Below are positions 13,051 through 25,964 of a stretch of DNA of 64,000 bases, piece by piece. The number at the start of each line of letters is the position of its first letter. Position 1 is the stretch's first letter. The position numbers and the translations under genes are program-made. The notes under the pieces were generated by a model, which ran no database searches, was not told the origin of the DNA, and saw only the letters and a program-made list of their open reading frames with translations. Source of the DNA: Squalus acanthias. Its lineage: Eukaryota. The DNA lies in the NCBI GenBank assembly GCA_030390025.1, contig CM059433.1, forward strand, positions 2,294,001 to 2,358,000, in the 5' to 3' direction.

Positions 13051-13882
13051 GGGGTAGAAATTCACTATCGCCCCGTTTGGGGCGCAATTATCGGCTGGGC
13101 GCAAAGTTTAGCGCCTGGTGCTAATTCTCGCCTCTGACTGCAAACTTGGCTTCTATCGCCCCTGGAGGTGATTGGAGCACTAAATCAGGCGCTACACACC
13201 TGTCTTAAGGCGCTAATGCCGAGGAGCGAGGCACTAACTCAGAGCGCTGGTGAAGCTCATGTGATGTCAGTCAGCAATGGAATAGAGACAGACTGGCACC
13301 GGCCAGTTCTTAAAGGGGAGGGTAGATCTTGCTCTCCATCCACACCCTGCTCATTGCAGCCTTGAATCTCGGCCTGGAGAGACCTGTAAATCAAATCTAC
13401 TGGAAAGAACAATGGAGAGACCCAGGGAAAGAGCTCAGAGTGCAGCCCCCATAGTCTCATCTAAATCGATGCAAGGAAGGTCAAATCAAAATCATTCTGC
13501 AAAGTGCTGCTCAGTACCCAAAACTCCTTCACACAGCATTGAATCTCTCCAGAAGTCTCTCTCTCTCACTCTCTCAGAATGCGTGGTGCAAAAATGTCAC
13601 CAACAAAAAAAGGCAGGAAGCGGTTGCCTTTAAATAACGCTTCCCCCAGTCCCTTCCCGCCTGCAAAACGCTCCCCTCAACCTGTCGTTGCTAGCGGCAG
13701 GCGATAAGGCAGGGGGCGCCACTCAATATCTGGTCCGGGGCGCTACCAGGGCGTTGCACGTTCGACTGACGTCACGATCTGCGGGCGCAGGAGATCGTGG
13801 CGGTTGTGTTTAGCGACGCTAGTTGCTTTGCACCCCAGTAGCGCCCTTAACTGGAGGCGCAAAGCAACTGAATCTTTCCCCC
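13051..13882. mobile_element. GC-rich Harbinger-type MITE
   Basis: Termini GGGGTAGAAATTCA / TGAATCTTTCCCCC flanked by ATA on both sides (13048-13050, 13883-13885); no coding capacity. Confidence 0.75.
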
Positions 13883-14544
13883 ATAGAGTCATAACGGCAC
13901 AGAAGGAGGCCATTTGGCCCATCGAGTCCGTGCCGGCTCTCTGTAGAGCAATTCAGTCAGTCCCATTCCCCCGCTCTATCCCCGTAGCCCTGCAAGTTTA
14001 TATCCATCAAGTGCCTATGCAGTCTCCACTTGAAAACATTGAGTGTCTCCGCTTTCACCACTTCCGTCGCCAGCGAGTTCCAGGTCCTCACCACTCGCTG
14101 CGTAAAAAAGTTTTCCCTCACATCCCCCCTGTATCTCTTGCCCAAAACCTTACATCTGTGTCCCCTAGTCCTTGTACCATCAATTAGTGGGAACAGCCTT
14201 TCCTCGTCTAGCCTATCCAAACCTGTCATAATCTTGTACACCTCTATCAAATCACCCCTCAACCTCCTTTGCTCTAATGAAAACAAATCCAGCTTCTCCA
14301 GCCTGTCCTTGTAGCTAAGATCCCCCATCCCCAGAACCATTCTGGTAAATCTCCTCTGCACCCTCTCAAGGGCCTTCACATCCTTCCTAAAGTGTGGTGA
14401 CCAGAACTGGATGCAATACTCCAGTTGTGGCCTAACCAGCGCTTTATAAAGGTTCAGCATAACTTCTCTACTTTTGTACTCAATACCTCTATTTATGAAG
14501 CCCAAGATCCCATATGCTTTGCTAACCACTCTCTCAATATGACC
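13883..14544 (-). mobile_element. CR1 subfamily 'A' 3' fragment
   Basis: Open 190-aa ORF2 C-terminus (LYKALVRPQLEYCIQFWSP...RRLRGDLIEVYK) and tail. Confidence 0.92.
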
Positions 14545-15159
14545 TTAATGAATCAGATGAGTTTTTACGACAATCTGATAGTTTCATGGTCACCATTACT
14601 GATACTAGTTTTTTATTCCAGATTTTTTATTTAATTAATTGAATTTAAATTCCCCAGCTGCCGTGGTAGGATTTGAACTCACGTTTCCGGATCATTTCTC
14701 CAGGCCTCTGGATTACCTATCTAGTAACATAACCACTATGCTACCATTCCCTCGATTGAGGAAGATTTGAAATTAGATTTATATTGTTTGGGAATGTTTA
14801 TTAAGTACTTGAACAAACAAAAGAATCCTGCAGCTTTCTCTTCTCACATTCTTAATTTTTTTACTTAACCTCTGCATCAGGTCTCTGCATTTTGCATCTG
14901 CCTTCAAACAAGGGCAGCAAGTTACCATCTGTTAAGTTGTGTTAGTGTTGCTTCAGCTCTGTACCTGAGCATTAAGCAGTATTTTTCAGCAAGACAAGTC
15001 AACTCTCTTCTGATCTTTGCTCCTTCCTTAAGGGAAGCACCACCCCCATCATTTCCACAGAGAGCTCTGGTTCAAAGAAGTTGAAGATACTCTCAGGTCA
15101 GACCTTGGGACCCTTGAAGTAATCCACTGAGTCATCCAGAAGAATCTAGAAATAGATAC

Positions 15160-15968
15160 CTTGGCAGATGAAATTTAATGCAGGGAAGTATGAAGTGATG
15201 CATTTTGGACGGAAAAATGAGGAGAGACAATGTAAATTAATGGTACAATTTTAAAAGGGGTGCAGGAGACCTGGGAATTCATATACACAAATCTTTGAAG
15301 GTGGCAGGACAAGTAGAGAAGGCTGTTAAAAAAAAATACAGGATCCTTAGTTTTATAAATAGAGGCATAGAATACAAAAGCAAGGAAGTTATGCTAAACC
15401 TTTATAAATCGCTGGTTAGGCTTCAGCTAGAGTATTGTGTCTAATTCTGGGCACCGCACTTTTTGAAGGAATACAAGGTCTTGGAGAGGGTGCAGACTAG
15501 ATTTACCAGAATGGTATCAGGGATGAGGACCTTCAGCTATGTGGAGAGACTGGAGAAGCTGAAATTGTTCTCCTTAGAGCAGAGAAGGTTAAGGGGAAAT
15601 TTGATATAGGTGTTCAAAATTATGAGGGGTTTTGATAGAGTAGAAGGGGAGAAACTGTTTCCACTGGCGGGTGGGTTGGTAACCAGAGGACACCAATTTA
15701 AGATAATTGACAAAAAGTCCAGGGGGGCGATGAGAAATTTTTTTACACAGTGAGTTGTTACTATCTGGAATGCACTACCTGAAAGGGCAGTGGAAGCAGA
15801 TTTAATAGTAATTTTCAAAAGTGAATTGGACAAACACTTAAAAAGGAGAAATTTTCAGGGCTATGGGGAAAGAGCAGGGGAGTGGGATTAATTGGATAAC
15901 TCTTTCAAAGAGCCGACACAGACATGATGGGCTGAATGGCCTCCTTCTGTACTGTATGATTCTATGAA
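15160..15968 (+). mobile_element. Degenerate CR1 3' fragment
   Basis: WQMKFN...GIEYKSKEVMLNLYK remnants with stops; TATGATTCTATGA tail. Confidence 0.85.
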
Positions 15969-15997
15969 ATCGAACATAAATGCCAAGATATTTCAAG

Positions 15998-16820
15998 ATG
16001 TGGAGATGCCGGCGTTGGACTGGGGTGGACAAAAATGAGAAGTCGCACAACACCAGGTTATAGTCCAACAGATTTATTTAATTTTACAAGCTTTCGGAGC
16101 TGTTCGCTCCTTCTTCAGGTAGGGTAGCTGTGAGAGAATCTCCCAGAATTCACAATATAAACACAGAAAAAATCTATTCAAATCTTTCCCTACATCAAAG
16201 ACACACTAAGAGCACAGCCAAGACAATGAGATGTGTCCCAGGGGGTCCAACGTGTCAAAACACCTGCTGGCTGCATATCCTCTCCATTTGTGTTAGTCTT
16301 TTTAAAACAAAACCTGGAAAGACCGGCCATGATGTCAAGTCACGTTCTGTATCGTGACATGAACCCGATATCGCGATTGAGGCCATCCTCATGAGTGCGA
16401 AACTTGGCTATCAGTTTCTGCTCTATGATTTTGCGCTGTCGTGTATCCCGAAGGCCGCCTTGGAGAACGCTTACCCGCAGATCTGAGGCTGAATGCCCCT
16501 GACTGCTGAAGTGTTCCCCGACTGGGAGGCAACCCTCCTGCCTGGCGATTGTTGCGCGGTGTCCGTTCATACGTTGTCTCAGTGTCTGCATGGTCTCGCC
16601 GATGTACCATGCTCTGGAGCATCCTTTACTGCAACGTATCAGGTAGACAATGTTGGCCGAGTCACATGAGTATGTACCATGTACCTGGTGGGTAGTGTCC
16701 TCACGTGTGATGATGGTATCTGTGTCCATGATTTGGCATGTCTTGCAGAGGTTGCCGTGGCAGGGTTGTGTGGTGTCGTGGTTGCTGTTCTCCTGAAAGA
16801 TGGGTAATCTGCTGCTGCTG
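15998..16820 (-). mobile_element. Penelope-like element family P1 (GIY-YIG endonuclease C-terminus + pseudo-LTR)
   Basis: C..C, NIVYLIRC..C...YIGET...LRQRMNGH...HF...E...GLN; flanked by AGATATTTCAAG at 15986-15997 and 16821-16832. Confidence 0.9.
16085..16121 (-). ncRNA. Minimal type I hammerhead ribozyme motif in P1 pseudo-LTR
   Basis: Minus strand TAC-CTGAAGA-A-GGAGC(GAACA)GCTCC-GAAA-GCTT-GTA. Confidence 0.75.
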
Positions 16821-17340
16821 AGATATTTCAAGGTGAATGTTATTTCCTTTTTTATCCCCTCTACTCCTGAGCGCACCAACCCTTGCTGAGATTTGGTATC
16901 ATGGATGCCATCAATCCTCCAGTACCTCACCCCAGTGGCCAGTCTTCACAAGCGAGCTTAGACAGTGCGGGCTGAATTCTCCTCTCACTGGCGGGCTAGT
17001 AGCAGAGCGGGAATATTGCCCGCTAATGTGAATCCACCATAACCCATTGCAAATTCTCTCATTTACTTTGCAGGGCAGGTTGGAGTGTAATACCACTCCT
17101 GAGAGTTTTAAGGTCACTGGAGCCTTTAAAGAACTGTAGCCAGTTCAAGGGCGGCAGCACTTTCTGAACAGCGGGAAGAAGAAGAATGGCAGCAGTGTCT
17201 GAAGCATCAGCATCAGCATGGGGATTGATGTCAGCAGCTGTAGTGACCCTCAGACTGTCAGGTGCATCTTTTCGGGTGTTGCTGGCTGAAGTAAGCACGA
17301 GAAGAGACAGAAAACCCATAACTGGGCTGGCTGGAGAAAG

Positions 17341-17626
17341 AACATAAGAAATAGGAGCAGGAGTCGGCCATTTGGCCCTTCGAGCCTGCTCCGCCATTCG
17401 ATAAGATCATGGCTGATCTTTTACCTCATCTCCACTTTCCTGCACTATCCCCATCTCCCTTGATTCCCTTAATATTCAAAAATCTATCGATCTCTGTCTT
17501 GAATATACTCAACGACTGAGCCTCCACAGCCCTCTGGGGTAGAGAATTCCAAAGATTCACCACCCTCTGAGTGAAGAAATTTCTCCTCATCTCAGTCCCA
17601 AATGGGCGACCCTTTATTCTGAGACT
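17341..17626 (-). mobile_element. CR1 3' fragment
   Basis: [22 protein letters not shown] and tail. Confidence 0.88.
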
Positions 17627-17835
17627 TATTGTGAGAGGAGCAGGGGCAGTCAATGCAACCTTCACCACCCCAAGAACTGCCGCGCAGGGGGTGCCAAAGT
17701 AAATCAGGGCCAGTGCACATCCCCTATCACTCTTACAGCTTTTACTCATCTCCTTCCCTCTCACACCCTTTCTCTCCCAGCATCAGGGTGCCAGGGAAAC
17801 CCATGTCTGTAAAGGGCAACCTCTGCAAAAAAAAT

Positions 17836-19426
17836 GTTTTATTCGTTTATGGGATGTGGGCGTCGCTGGCAAGGCCAGCATTTATTGCCCATCACTAGTT
17901 GCCCTTGAGAAGGTGGTGGTGAGCCGCCTTCTTGAACCGCTGCAGTCTGTGTGGTGCAGGTACTCCCACAGTGCTGTTAGGGAGGGAGTTCCAGGATTTT
18001 GACCCAGCGACGATGAAGGATCGGCGATATACTTCTAAGTCAGGATGGTGTGTAACTTTGAGGGGAACTTGGAGGTGGTGGTATTCCCATGTGCCTGCTG
18101 CCCTTGTCCTAGGTGGAAGAGGTCGCGGGTTTGGGAGGTGCTGCCGAAGAAGCCTTGGTGAGTTGCTGCAGTGCATCTTGTAGATGGTACACACTGCAGC
18201 CATGGTACGCCGGTGGTGGAGGGAGTGAATGTTTAATGTGGTAGATGGGGTTCCAATCAAGAGGGATGCTTTGTCCTGGATGGTGTCGAGCTTCTTGAGT
18301 GTTGTTGGAGCTGCACTCATCCAGGCAAGTGGAGAGTATTCGATCACACTCCTGACTTGTGCCTTGTAGATGGTGGAAAGGCTTTGGGGAGTCAGGAGGT
18401 GAGACAATCGCCGCAGAATACCTAGCCTCTGACCTGCTCTTGTTGCCACAGTATTTGTGTGGCTGGTCCAGTTAAGTTTCTGGTCAATGGTGACCCCCCA
18501 GGATGTTGATGGTGGGGGACTTGGCGATGGTAATGCCATTGAATGTCAAGGGGCAGTGGTTAGACTCTCGCTTGTTGGAGATAGTCATTGCCTAGCACTT
18601 CTGTGGTGCGAATGTTACCTGCCACTTATCAGCCCAAGCCTGAACGTCGTCCGGGTCTTGTTGCATGCAGGCATGGACTGCTTCATTATCTGAGAAGTTG
18701 TGAATCACGCTAAACACTGTGCAGTCATCAGCGAACATCCCCATTTCTGACCTTATGATGGAGGGAAGGTCATTGATGAAGCAGCTGAAGATGGTAGGGC
18801 CTAGGACACCACCCTGAGGAACTCCTGCAGCGATGTCCTGGGGCTGTGATGATTGACCTTCATCCACCACAACCATCTTCCTTTGTGCCAGGTATGACTC
18901 CAGCCAGTGGAGCGTTTTCCCCCTGATTCCCATTGACTTCAGTTTTACTAGGGCTTCTTCATGCCATACTTGGTCAAATGCTGCCTTGATGTCAAGGGCA
19001 GTCACTCTCACCTCACCTCTGGAATTCAGCTCCTCTGTCCATGTTTGGACCAAGGCTGTTATGAGGTTGGGAGCTGAGTGGTCTTGGCGGAACCCAAACT
19101 GGGCATCAGTGAGCAGGTTATTGGTGAGTAAGTGCCGCTTGATAGCACTGTTGATGACACCTTCCATCACTTTGCTGATGATTGAGTGTAGACTGATGGG
19201 GCGGCAATTGGCCGGATTGGATTTGTCCAGCTTTTTGTGGACAGGGCATACCTGGGCAGTTTTCCACATTGTCGGATAGATGCCAGTGTTGTAGCTGTAC
19301 TGGAATAGCTTGGCTAGGGGCGTGGCTAGTTCTGGAGCACAAGTCTTCAGCACGATAGCCGGGATGTTGTCGGGGCCCGTAGCCTTTGCTTTATCCAGTG
19401 CGCTCAGCCGTTTCTTGATATCACGT
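17836..19426 (-). mobile_element. 5'-truncated LINE family 'B' with complete RT core
   Basis: 282-aa ORF with GPDNIP, QFGFR, ALDIKAAFD, GVPQG.VLGP, FADD; 3' ORF and tail follow. Confidence 0.92.
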
Positions 19427-20334
19427 TTACTTGGAGCCACTATGGCAACTCACATTGCCTGCCACAAGGGCTACTGCTCCTCATTAATTACACTTCATTT
19501 AGAGAGACAATGGACGCCCACATTTCATCACCATGGGATACATGCTTTCATATGGGAAAACTGTCCATACCACTTCCATGCCTTTAACAATGTCTTCTCT
19601 TGCTCCAAAGAAAAGGATGGCCTATAAACAACACAACAGAAATACAGCCGGGGGAGAAGCAGCAGCACTGGAAACCGTGAACACACACGAAGAGGTAAAT
19701 CATAGGCAGGCACACAGGCTAATGTGTGGGAGAGGGTGTAGTTGGAGGTGAGGTGGCAACAGAAGGTTGGTAAAAGCTGGGAAATGCTCTGTAATGAAGG
19801 TAAGGCTCAGTACCACATCAAGGGAGGCATTTAGTCATCAAACAAAGCTCTTAAATGAAGAATGCTTTTTTTGTTAAAGGTTTCTTTTTAATAACACCTA
19901 CGTGTAGTCTTTTTTAATAGAAGGCTGTTCCTTATACTGTTCTAACATTAACACCCATACCGTTATTTGCCTCAGTGATTACCGCTGCAGTTACGCTCTT
20001 CACAGACACTGACATCAGCCCTGCACTCTAATTGTTGAATTCTAATCAGGTCCAGTAGATACTGCAGCTGTCTGATAAAAGACCTTTTGCACTGGCAGCT
20101 ATTTTTAAATTCTTTGAGTGCTAAGTATTTTTTTCCTGAATCAGAGGTGTCTGAACAGTTAGTGAAAATTGAAATGAACCACTACAAGTTCCGTGTCTGA
20201 AAGAAGCTTAACCCTCAACTATCACCTCAGCTGATGAAGCATAAGATGTGCAGCTGGGCTTTACAAGCCTCATGCGCCAGGCTGCTCGTGGACGCTGAAA
20301 GCAGTGTAACGTCATCACCCTGTGCGGTACAATG

Positions 20335-20430
20335 ACAGAACGTGCTAGAAACACACAGCAGGCCAGCCGGCATCTGCGTGGAGAACAGACAAGTTAACGT
20401 TTCAGGCCTGGACCTTCCATCAGAAGCGGG
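20335..20430 (-). mobile_element. Penelope family P2-like pseudo-LTR fragment with degenerate hammerhead
   Basis: Minus strand CTGATGGAAGGTCCAGGCCTGAAACGTTAAC..., resembling 27721-27810. Confidence 0.6.
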
Positions 20431-23132
20431 AGACGTTGCAAATGTGCAGAATTTAACAAGGGAACCGAACAAGGGAAAGTGGGTGGGTGGGAAACACAAC
20501 CACACACACACACACAGGAAAAGAAGCTTAACAACCTGCAAAGTGCTCAAGTGGAGAACAGAAGATGCTTAAATGACAGAAGTGATATTAGCATGAGACA
20601 ATAGGAGGTGTGGGGGTGGAATTCAATGTTGGTGGGGGCACAATGATTCCTTTCTATTGATTTAATGAAAGAAAAGTCGAGCAGGTAGTATAACAGGTGA
20701 CTAATTCACTACTGCCTTTTTTGTGCCCCCGTCAAAGTTGAATTTTACCCCCATGATGAAAGAATTCAAAGAAATAAATACAAGACCGGGAGCATGTATG
20801 AATAGATAAAGAGGTGGGGAATAGGCAGGAAGAAAGGGAAGCGTGAGCAACTGGCTAAATGGAGCAACTTTGGCAGCCCAGGAGCTTGTAGAAGAAAACA
20901 AACAGTTAACACCACAGGTACAGACTGTCGGACATCCTGGAGAGTTGTATGTTGGACATCTTGGGGAGTTAGGGTTAATAATTAAACTTCTTTGTATCGT
21001 GGAGCAACAGACTTTCCAAGATAAACAGGATGGCTTTGAAGTGTTGTGAAGAGAATGCATAGCTTATCTTCTGCTTTTAGAGTCTGAGGGTTATATACGA
21101 AAAGCGCTTGTGTAAGGAAATATGTGACAGTAATGACATTAGCCATGAGTGATTAAATTATAACTTTGGTGGCTAGGGTAATAAACTTAGGTGGAGGGAT
21201 CCATTACCTATAGTATGGAAAGATAACAGTTAATAAAGCCTGTTCTTCAAAGAGGTTCAGAACAGTTAAGCCAGGAAGTCTTATTTGAGGGAAGAAGCTT
21301 TGGAGTAAACAACTGCAACTGTTTATATGAATGGACTGTCTTCAAAAGGATTTGCGAATAGATATATCATGAGGTCTTATCTATGACATGTCCCTTTGAT
21401 GCAGGCAAAATATGTATAAAGGAGCATGGTTTTCAACAGTTCTTCAGAGGGCTCAAAAAATAGAACTAGAAGCCGAAAGCCACTCTATGATTCGGGTTGA
21501 GCTGATCCCTCATCCTTGGTGTCAATAAAGTCTGTTCCGTATACTACACTATCAAATGTCTCGTGCTTACTCGAAACGTGTTGTTGTAAACCACAGAAGG
21601 AAGGAGGTTGACTGGTAACACAGACCACCTCGTGAGCACGGTGTCCTGATGGGAGGGGGATCACCATTCCAAGCACCACTCGCTCCTTCTCCACCCCCCA
21701 TCCCTGGAGACATCTAGTGTGGTGTTCAAGTTAGTCTATGGAAATTGTTAGATTGTGGATTAAAATTGTTCTTTAAAATCCAACAAGAATTCTCAAAAAT
21801 AACAAAAAGATAGTTAACTGTGTGATGCCTGTCACAGGATATCTTTCTCATCCAATATTTCTGTCCTTTCTATTACACTTTCTCTTACGCCATGCAGAAT
21901 AAGCAGTAGTATGTTTGGGGGCCTGCACTCTTTTTGAACAAGCAGATGAAAGTAAATTAAAAATAAAGAGAATTGTATCAAAAAATGCTCCATACTGTTT
22001 GGTTCTGTCTAACATTTGCACCTTTATCCCCAAGGTCCCAACAGTGTTTCACTGTAACCACCCAATAGGGGGTGGGCTTGAGCTGTGCACATGAATTTTC
22101 CCTTCTGATTTCATTTCTAACCTCAGAGGAAACTTTTCCTGCATTTGGATTACGTGACAAGAATTCCGCTATTTTCCTGCTCCATGTATTAAATGTAGTT
22201 TTTCTATATGCAGAAGTTTACATACACATATTAACACAATAACAATGTTTTAAAATATGATTTCCACTTAAATGTACAGAATGCAATATATACAACATAT
22301 CATTTTCTTGCAACATATTGTAAAATATCTTTTCATGGTGCTGTCTTGGTGTAAAGGTTGCACTGTCATTCTTCTCACTAATATCTGTGCCTCTTATTGA
22401 TCCCATGGATTTACAGTAAGTTGGCTCAATTTGCATTATACAGTAATGTATTAAAAAATGTGCCTGGTATAAGTAATGACCACTCATTTGGATTGCATAG
22501 AATCATAGAATATCCCAGCACAGATCCATATCCCTTGCTACCTTTACCTAATAAAAATCTATCGATCTCTGTTTTGAAAATATCCTTTGACCCCCAGCAT
22601 CCATCTCCTTTTGGGGGAGAAAACTCCAGATTTCCACTACCTTTTGTTTGGAAAAACTGCTTCCTGATTGGCCAAGCTCTAATTTTAAGTTTGCACACCC
22701 CCTTGTTCTGTCTAATAATCCCACTGTCCTGCTCACTCCCAATAACCTGGAAGATTTCTCTTTTTTCAAGCAGACATCTCATTCGCTTCTCAAGAATTCA
22801 ACACAAGTAATACATCTATTGGTTCATCCAGGGTAGGCTGATGAGAATAAAAGTTTCCTTTGCCTGATAGCTGTAAAGGTGCTATGTGAAATGCATTTGG
22901 GACACTGGATATGGGACCATAGCAAAAGTTCCTTCTATTTCAGGACTAGTTTATATTGGATTAGCAATCTCACACAGAGATGCTTGGTTTGAGAAATGAG
23001 AAACTATCACACAGGTGCTGGAACAGGTGTTCTTCTGAGGTCAGGGCTGTGGCACATTGTTGAGAAGGATACAGGGAACTTTACTTAGCATCTAACTATA
23101 CGTGACCTACAAGTAAAAGAAAGAAAAAAAAT

Positions 23133-23435
23133 AGACTTGTATTTATATAACACCTTTCAGGATGTCCCAAAGTGCTTTACAGCCAATGAAGTACTTTTGA
23201 AGTGTAGTCACTGTTGTAATGTAGGACACGCAGCAGCCAAATTTGCGCAAAGTTCCCACAAACAGCAATGAGATAATGACCAGATAAACTGCTTTTTTTA
23301 GTGATGTTGGTTGAGGGATAAATATTGACCAGGACACTGGGGATAACCCCCCTGCTTGTCTTCAAAATAGTGGGATAAGCACTTAAAGTGGGATCTTTTA
23401 TATCCACCTGAGAGGGCAGACGGGACCTCGGTTTA
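23133..23435 (-). mobile_element. Deu-type SINE 3' part, interrupted by CR1 (continues about 24535-24570)
   Basis: Reverse complement of the 3' half of the SINE at 54997-55525. Confidence 0.75.
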
Positions 23436-24531
23436 AGAACATAAGAACATAAGAAATAGGAGCAGGAGTCGGCCATTTGGCCCTTCGAGCCTGCTCCGCC
23501 ATTCAACAACATCATGGCTGATCTTCTACCTCAACTCCACCTTCCTGCACTATCCCCATATCCCTTGATTCCCTTAGTTCCCCAAAATTTATCGATCTCT
23601 GTCTTGAATATACTCAATGACTGAGCATCCACAGCCCTCTGGGGTACAACATGCCAAAGATTCGCAACCCTTTGAGTAAAGAAATTTCTGTGGGTGGCGT
23701 AGCGGGCCCAGGGGCAGTGTAGCCTGATCCTGCTCCTATTTCATGTGTCCAATTCTGTTAGGTTCAGGAGATGGTTCTGTGATAGTAGATTGGTGGTTAG
23801 GATCAGATCAGCCATGATCTTATTGAATGGCGGAGCAGGCTCGAGGGGCCAATTGGCCTACTCCTGCTCCTATTTCTTATGTTCTTATGTTCTTATGTCC
23901 TCATCTCAATCCTAAATAGTCAACCCCTTATTTTGAGACTGTGACCCCGTGTTCTAGACTCCCCAGCCAGGGGAAACATTTTCTCAACATCTACCCTGTC
24001 AAGCCCCTTAAGAATTTTATATGTTTCAATTAGATCACCACTCATTCTTCTAAACTCTAGGGAATATAAGCCTAGTCTATTCAATCTCTCCTCATAGGGC
24101 AATCCCCTCATCCCAGGAACCAGTTTAGTGAACCTTCGTTGCACTCCCTCTAAGGCAAGTATGTCTTTCCTTAAGTAAGGAGACCAGAACTGTACACAGT
24201 ATTCCAGGTGTGGCCTCGCCAATGCCCTGTATAATTGTAGTAAGACTTCTTTAATCTTATATTCTAATCCCTTTGTAACAAAAGCTAACATACCATTTGC
24301 TTTCCTAATTGCTTGCTGTACCTGCATGTGATTCATGCACAAGGACACCCAGGTCCCTCTGAATACAAACATTTCCCAGTCTCGCACCATTCAAAAAATA
24401 CTCTGCTTTTTTGTTTTTCCTACCAAAGTGGATAACCTCACACTTCCCACATTGTATTCCATTTGCCATGTTCTTGCCCACTCAGTCAACCTGTCTATAT
24501 GTCTCCACAGCCTCTTTGTGTCCTCCTCACA
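23436..24531 (-). mobile_element. CR1 3' portion with an opposite-strand CR1-tailed insert at about 23690-23897
   Basis: LYRALARPHLEYCVQFWSP ORF; two opposed (TTCTTATG)n tails. Confidence 0.85.
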
Positions 24532-25227
24532 GCCAAAAGACAGCACCTCCGACAGGGCAGCAAAGTGCTTCACGCTAACACTGGGTGACCAAATGGAAAG
24601 TGTTTCATTCTCCCGTGCTAAGATGCCTCACTTGGATGTTAACCAAAAAAATTTTTTTTTGACAAGTTAATAACAATTCTGGGGATCAGATGATTTTAGA
24701 AACTGCTCGAGTTTCACTCTTACAATTTATAGAATTACATCAGACCCTTACAGTTGTGGAATACATAGAATCTTATTTCCAATTAATCGCAGCAAATTAA
24801 CTTTCTGCAGGCCTTCAGTGGCTGTGTCACAAAGTTAATCCTTCAATGATGATGTCATAGACAGAATACAATTGTTATAAATTAAACTGTTTTAGAAAAA
24901 GCAATGCTGAGTGGGAATGAAGATGGAGGCATTTGTCATCTGAAACTCAAGATAAGGATATTTCCGTTCCAACCTTTCTCCCACACCAATTCTCCCTTTT
25001 AGCATTGAAATATTAAATTCTTAGAATTTAAATGTAAAAATGTAAAGATTTTACTCACATCAGAGATATTCCATCTGCAAGGTTTTGTAGACTGGATTTA
25101 GAAACAGGGTCAAAACCCAGCCTACATATTCATTTTAAAAGAGCAGAGTGCCATAATTGGTACTTTTGATGATATAATTGACATTTTTTGCAATCCTACT
25201 ACCAGCAATTTTCCAATTAAAAATAAT

Positions 25228-25833
25228 GGGGGAAAAATTGGGTTGATTTGCGCCTCTTGTTAGCACCCCCAGGGGGCGGTAAGGGGACACAAAGCCTCTA
25301 GCGCCCGGGCGCGGCGCCGCTAACGCCTCCTGCGAAATTGAGCGGGAGGTTAGCGGCGGCTGTAGCCGGTAGTGCCTCATGGCGCTGCGCCGCCGGCGAT
25401 GATATCGTCGTCATGCACAGCGCCCCGCTCGCACCCCGGCCGCAATCTTGGTTTGCGCCCCCTGACCTACCGCCAGACGATATGTCTGACAGGGTCAGGG
25501 TGGTGTTTTTGCAGCCAGCACCTGCCGTCTTCCCCTTTTTTCTTTGTGGTGCCGGTTGCGATTGGTCAGCCCGGCATGCCCCAGTGCGCGCAGCGCTAGG
25601 CCTCTCCCCTTTAATCGGGGGGGGAGGCCAGCAATGACGCGGCGCTACGTGCCGATGTGCGTGGCACTGTTGCACGTAGAGACTGGTAGCGCCCCTAGAA
25701 GGAGGGGGAGCGCTTCCAGTAGCGCTCCGCCTCCTGCTGGGGGCGCTACTACTGAACATATGGCGCAGAGACACTAAAATGAGCGCCCCGGCGACATTAC
25801 TGCCCCAAAGGGGGCGCCACCGAATTTTTCCCC
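25228..25833. mobile_element. GC-rich Harbinger-type MITE
   Basis: TIR GGGGAAAAATTGGGT / ACCGAATTTTTCCCC; CpG-rich interior. Confidence 0.7.
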
Positions 25834-25964
25834 TATAATGTACACTTATTTTCCCCAGTATGTATATAACTTGCATTTATATACCACATTTAACGTAGAA
25901 AAATGTCCCATAATTCTTCAGAGAGACATCATGGAAAAATGGACACCAACCCAAAGGAGATATT

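Larger units (their letters stand above)
9858..14750 (-). mobile_element. Near full-length, frameshifted LINE family 'B' (APE + RT) with tRNA-like 5' head; hosts nested inserts
   Basis: APE motifs (QQPDIVILT, IGSSDHRTV) at about 12800-12150; RT (GPDNIP, QFGFR, ALDIKAAFDRVWH, QGSVLGP, FVDD) at about 11550-10860; 3' tail at about 9860; A/B boxes at 14743-14669. Confidence 0.8.

Noticed and set aside
25228..25833. CpG island or promoter with GC-rich ORFs (also 13051-13882)
   Set aside because: Bounded by TIRs; better explained as MITEs.
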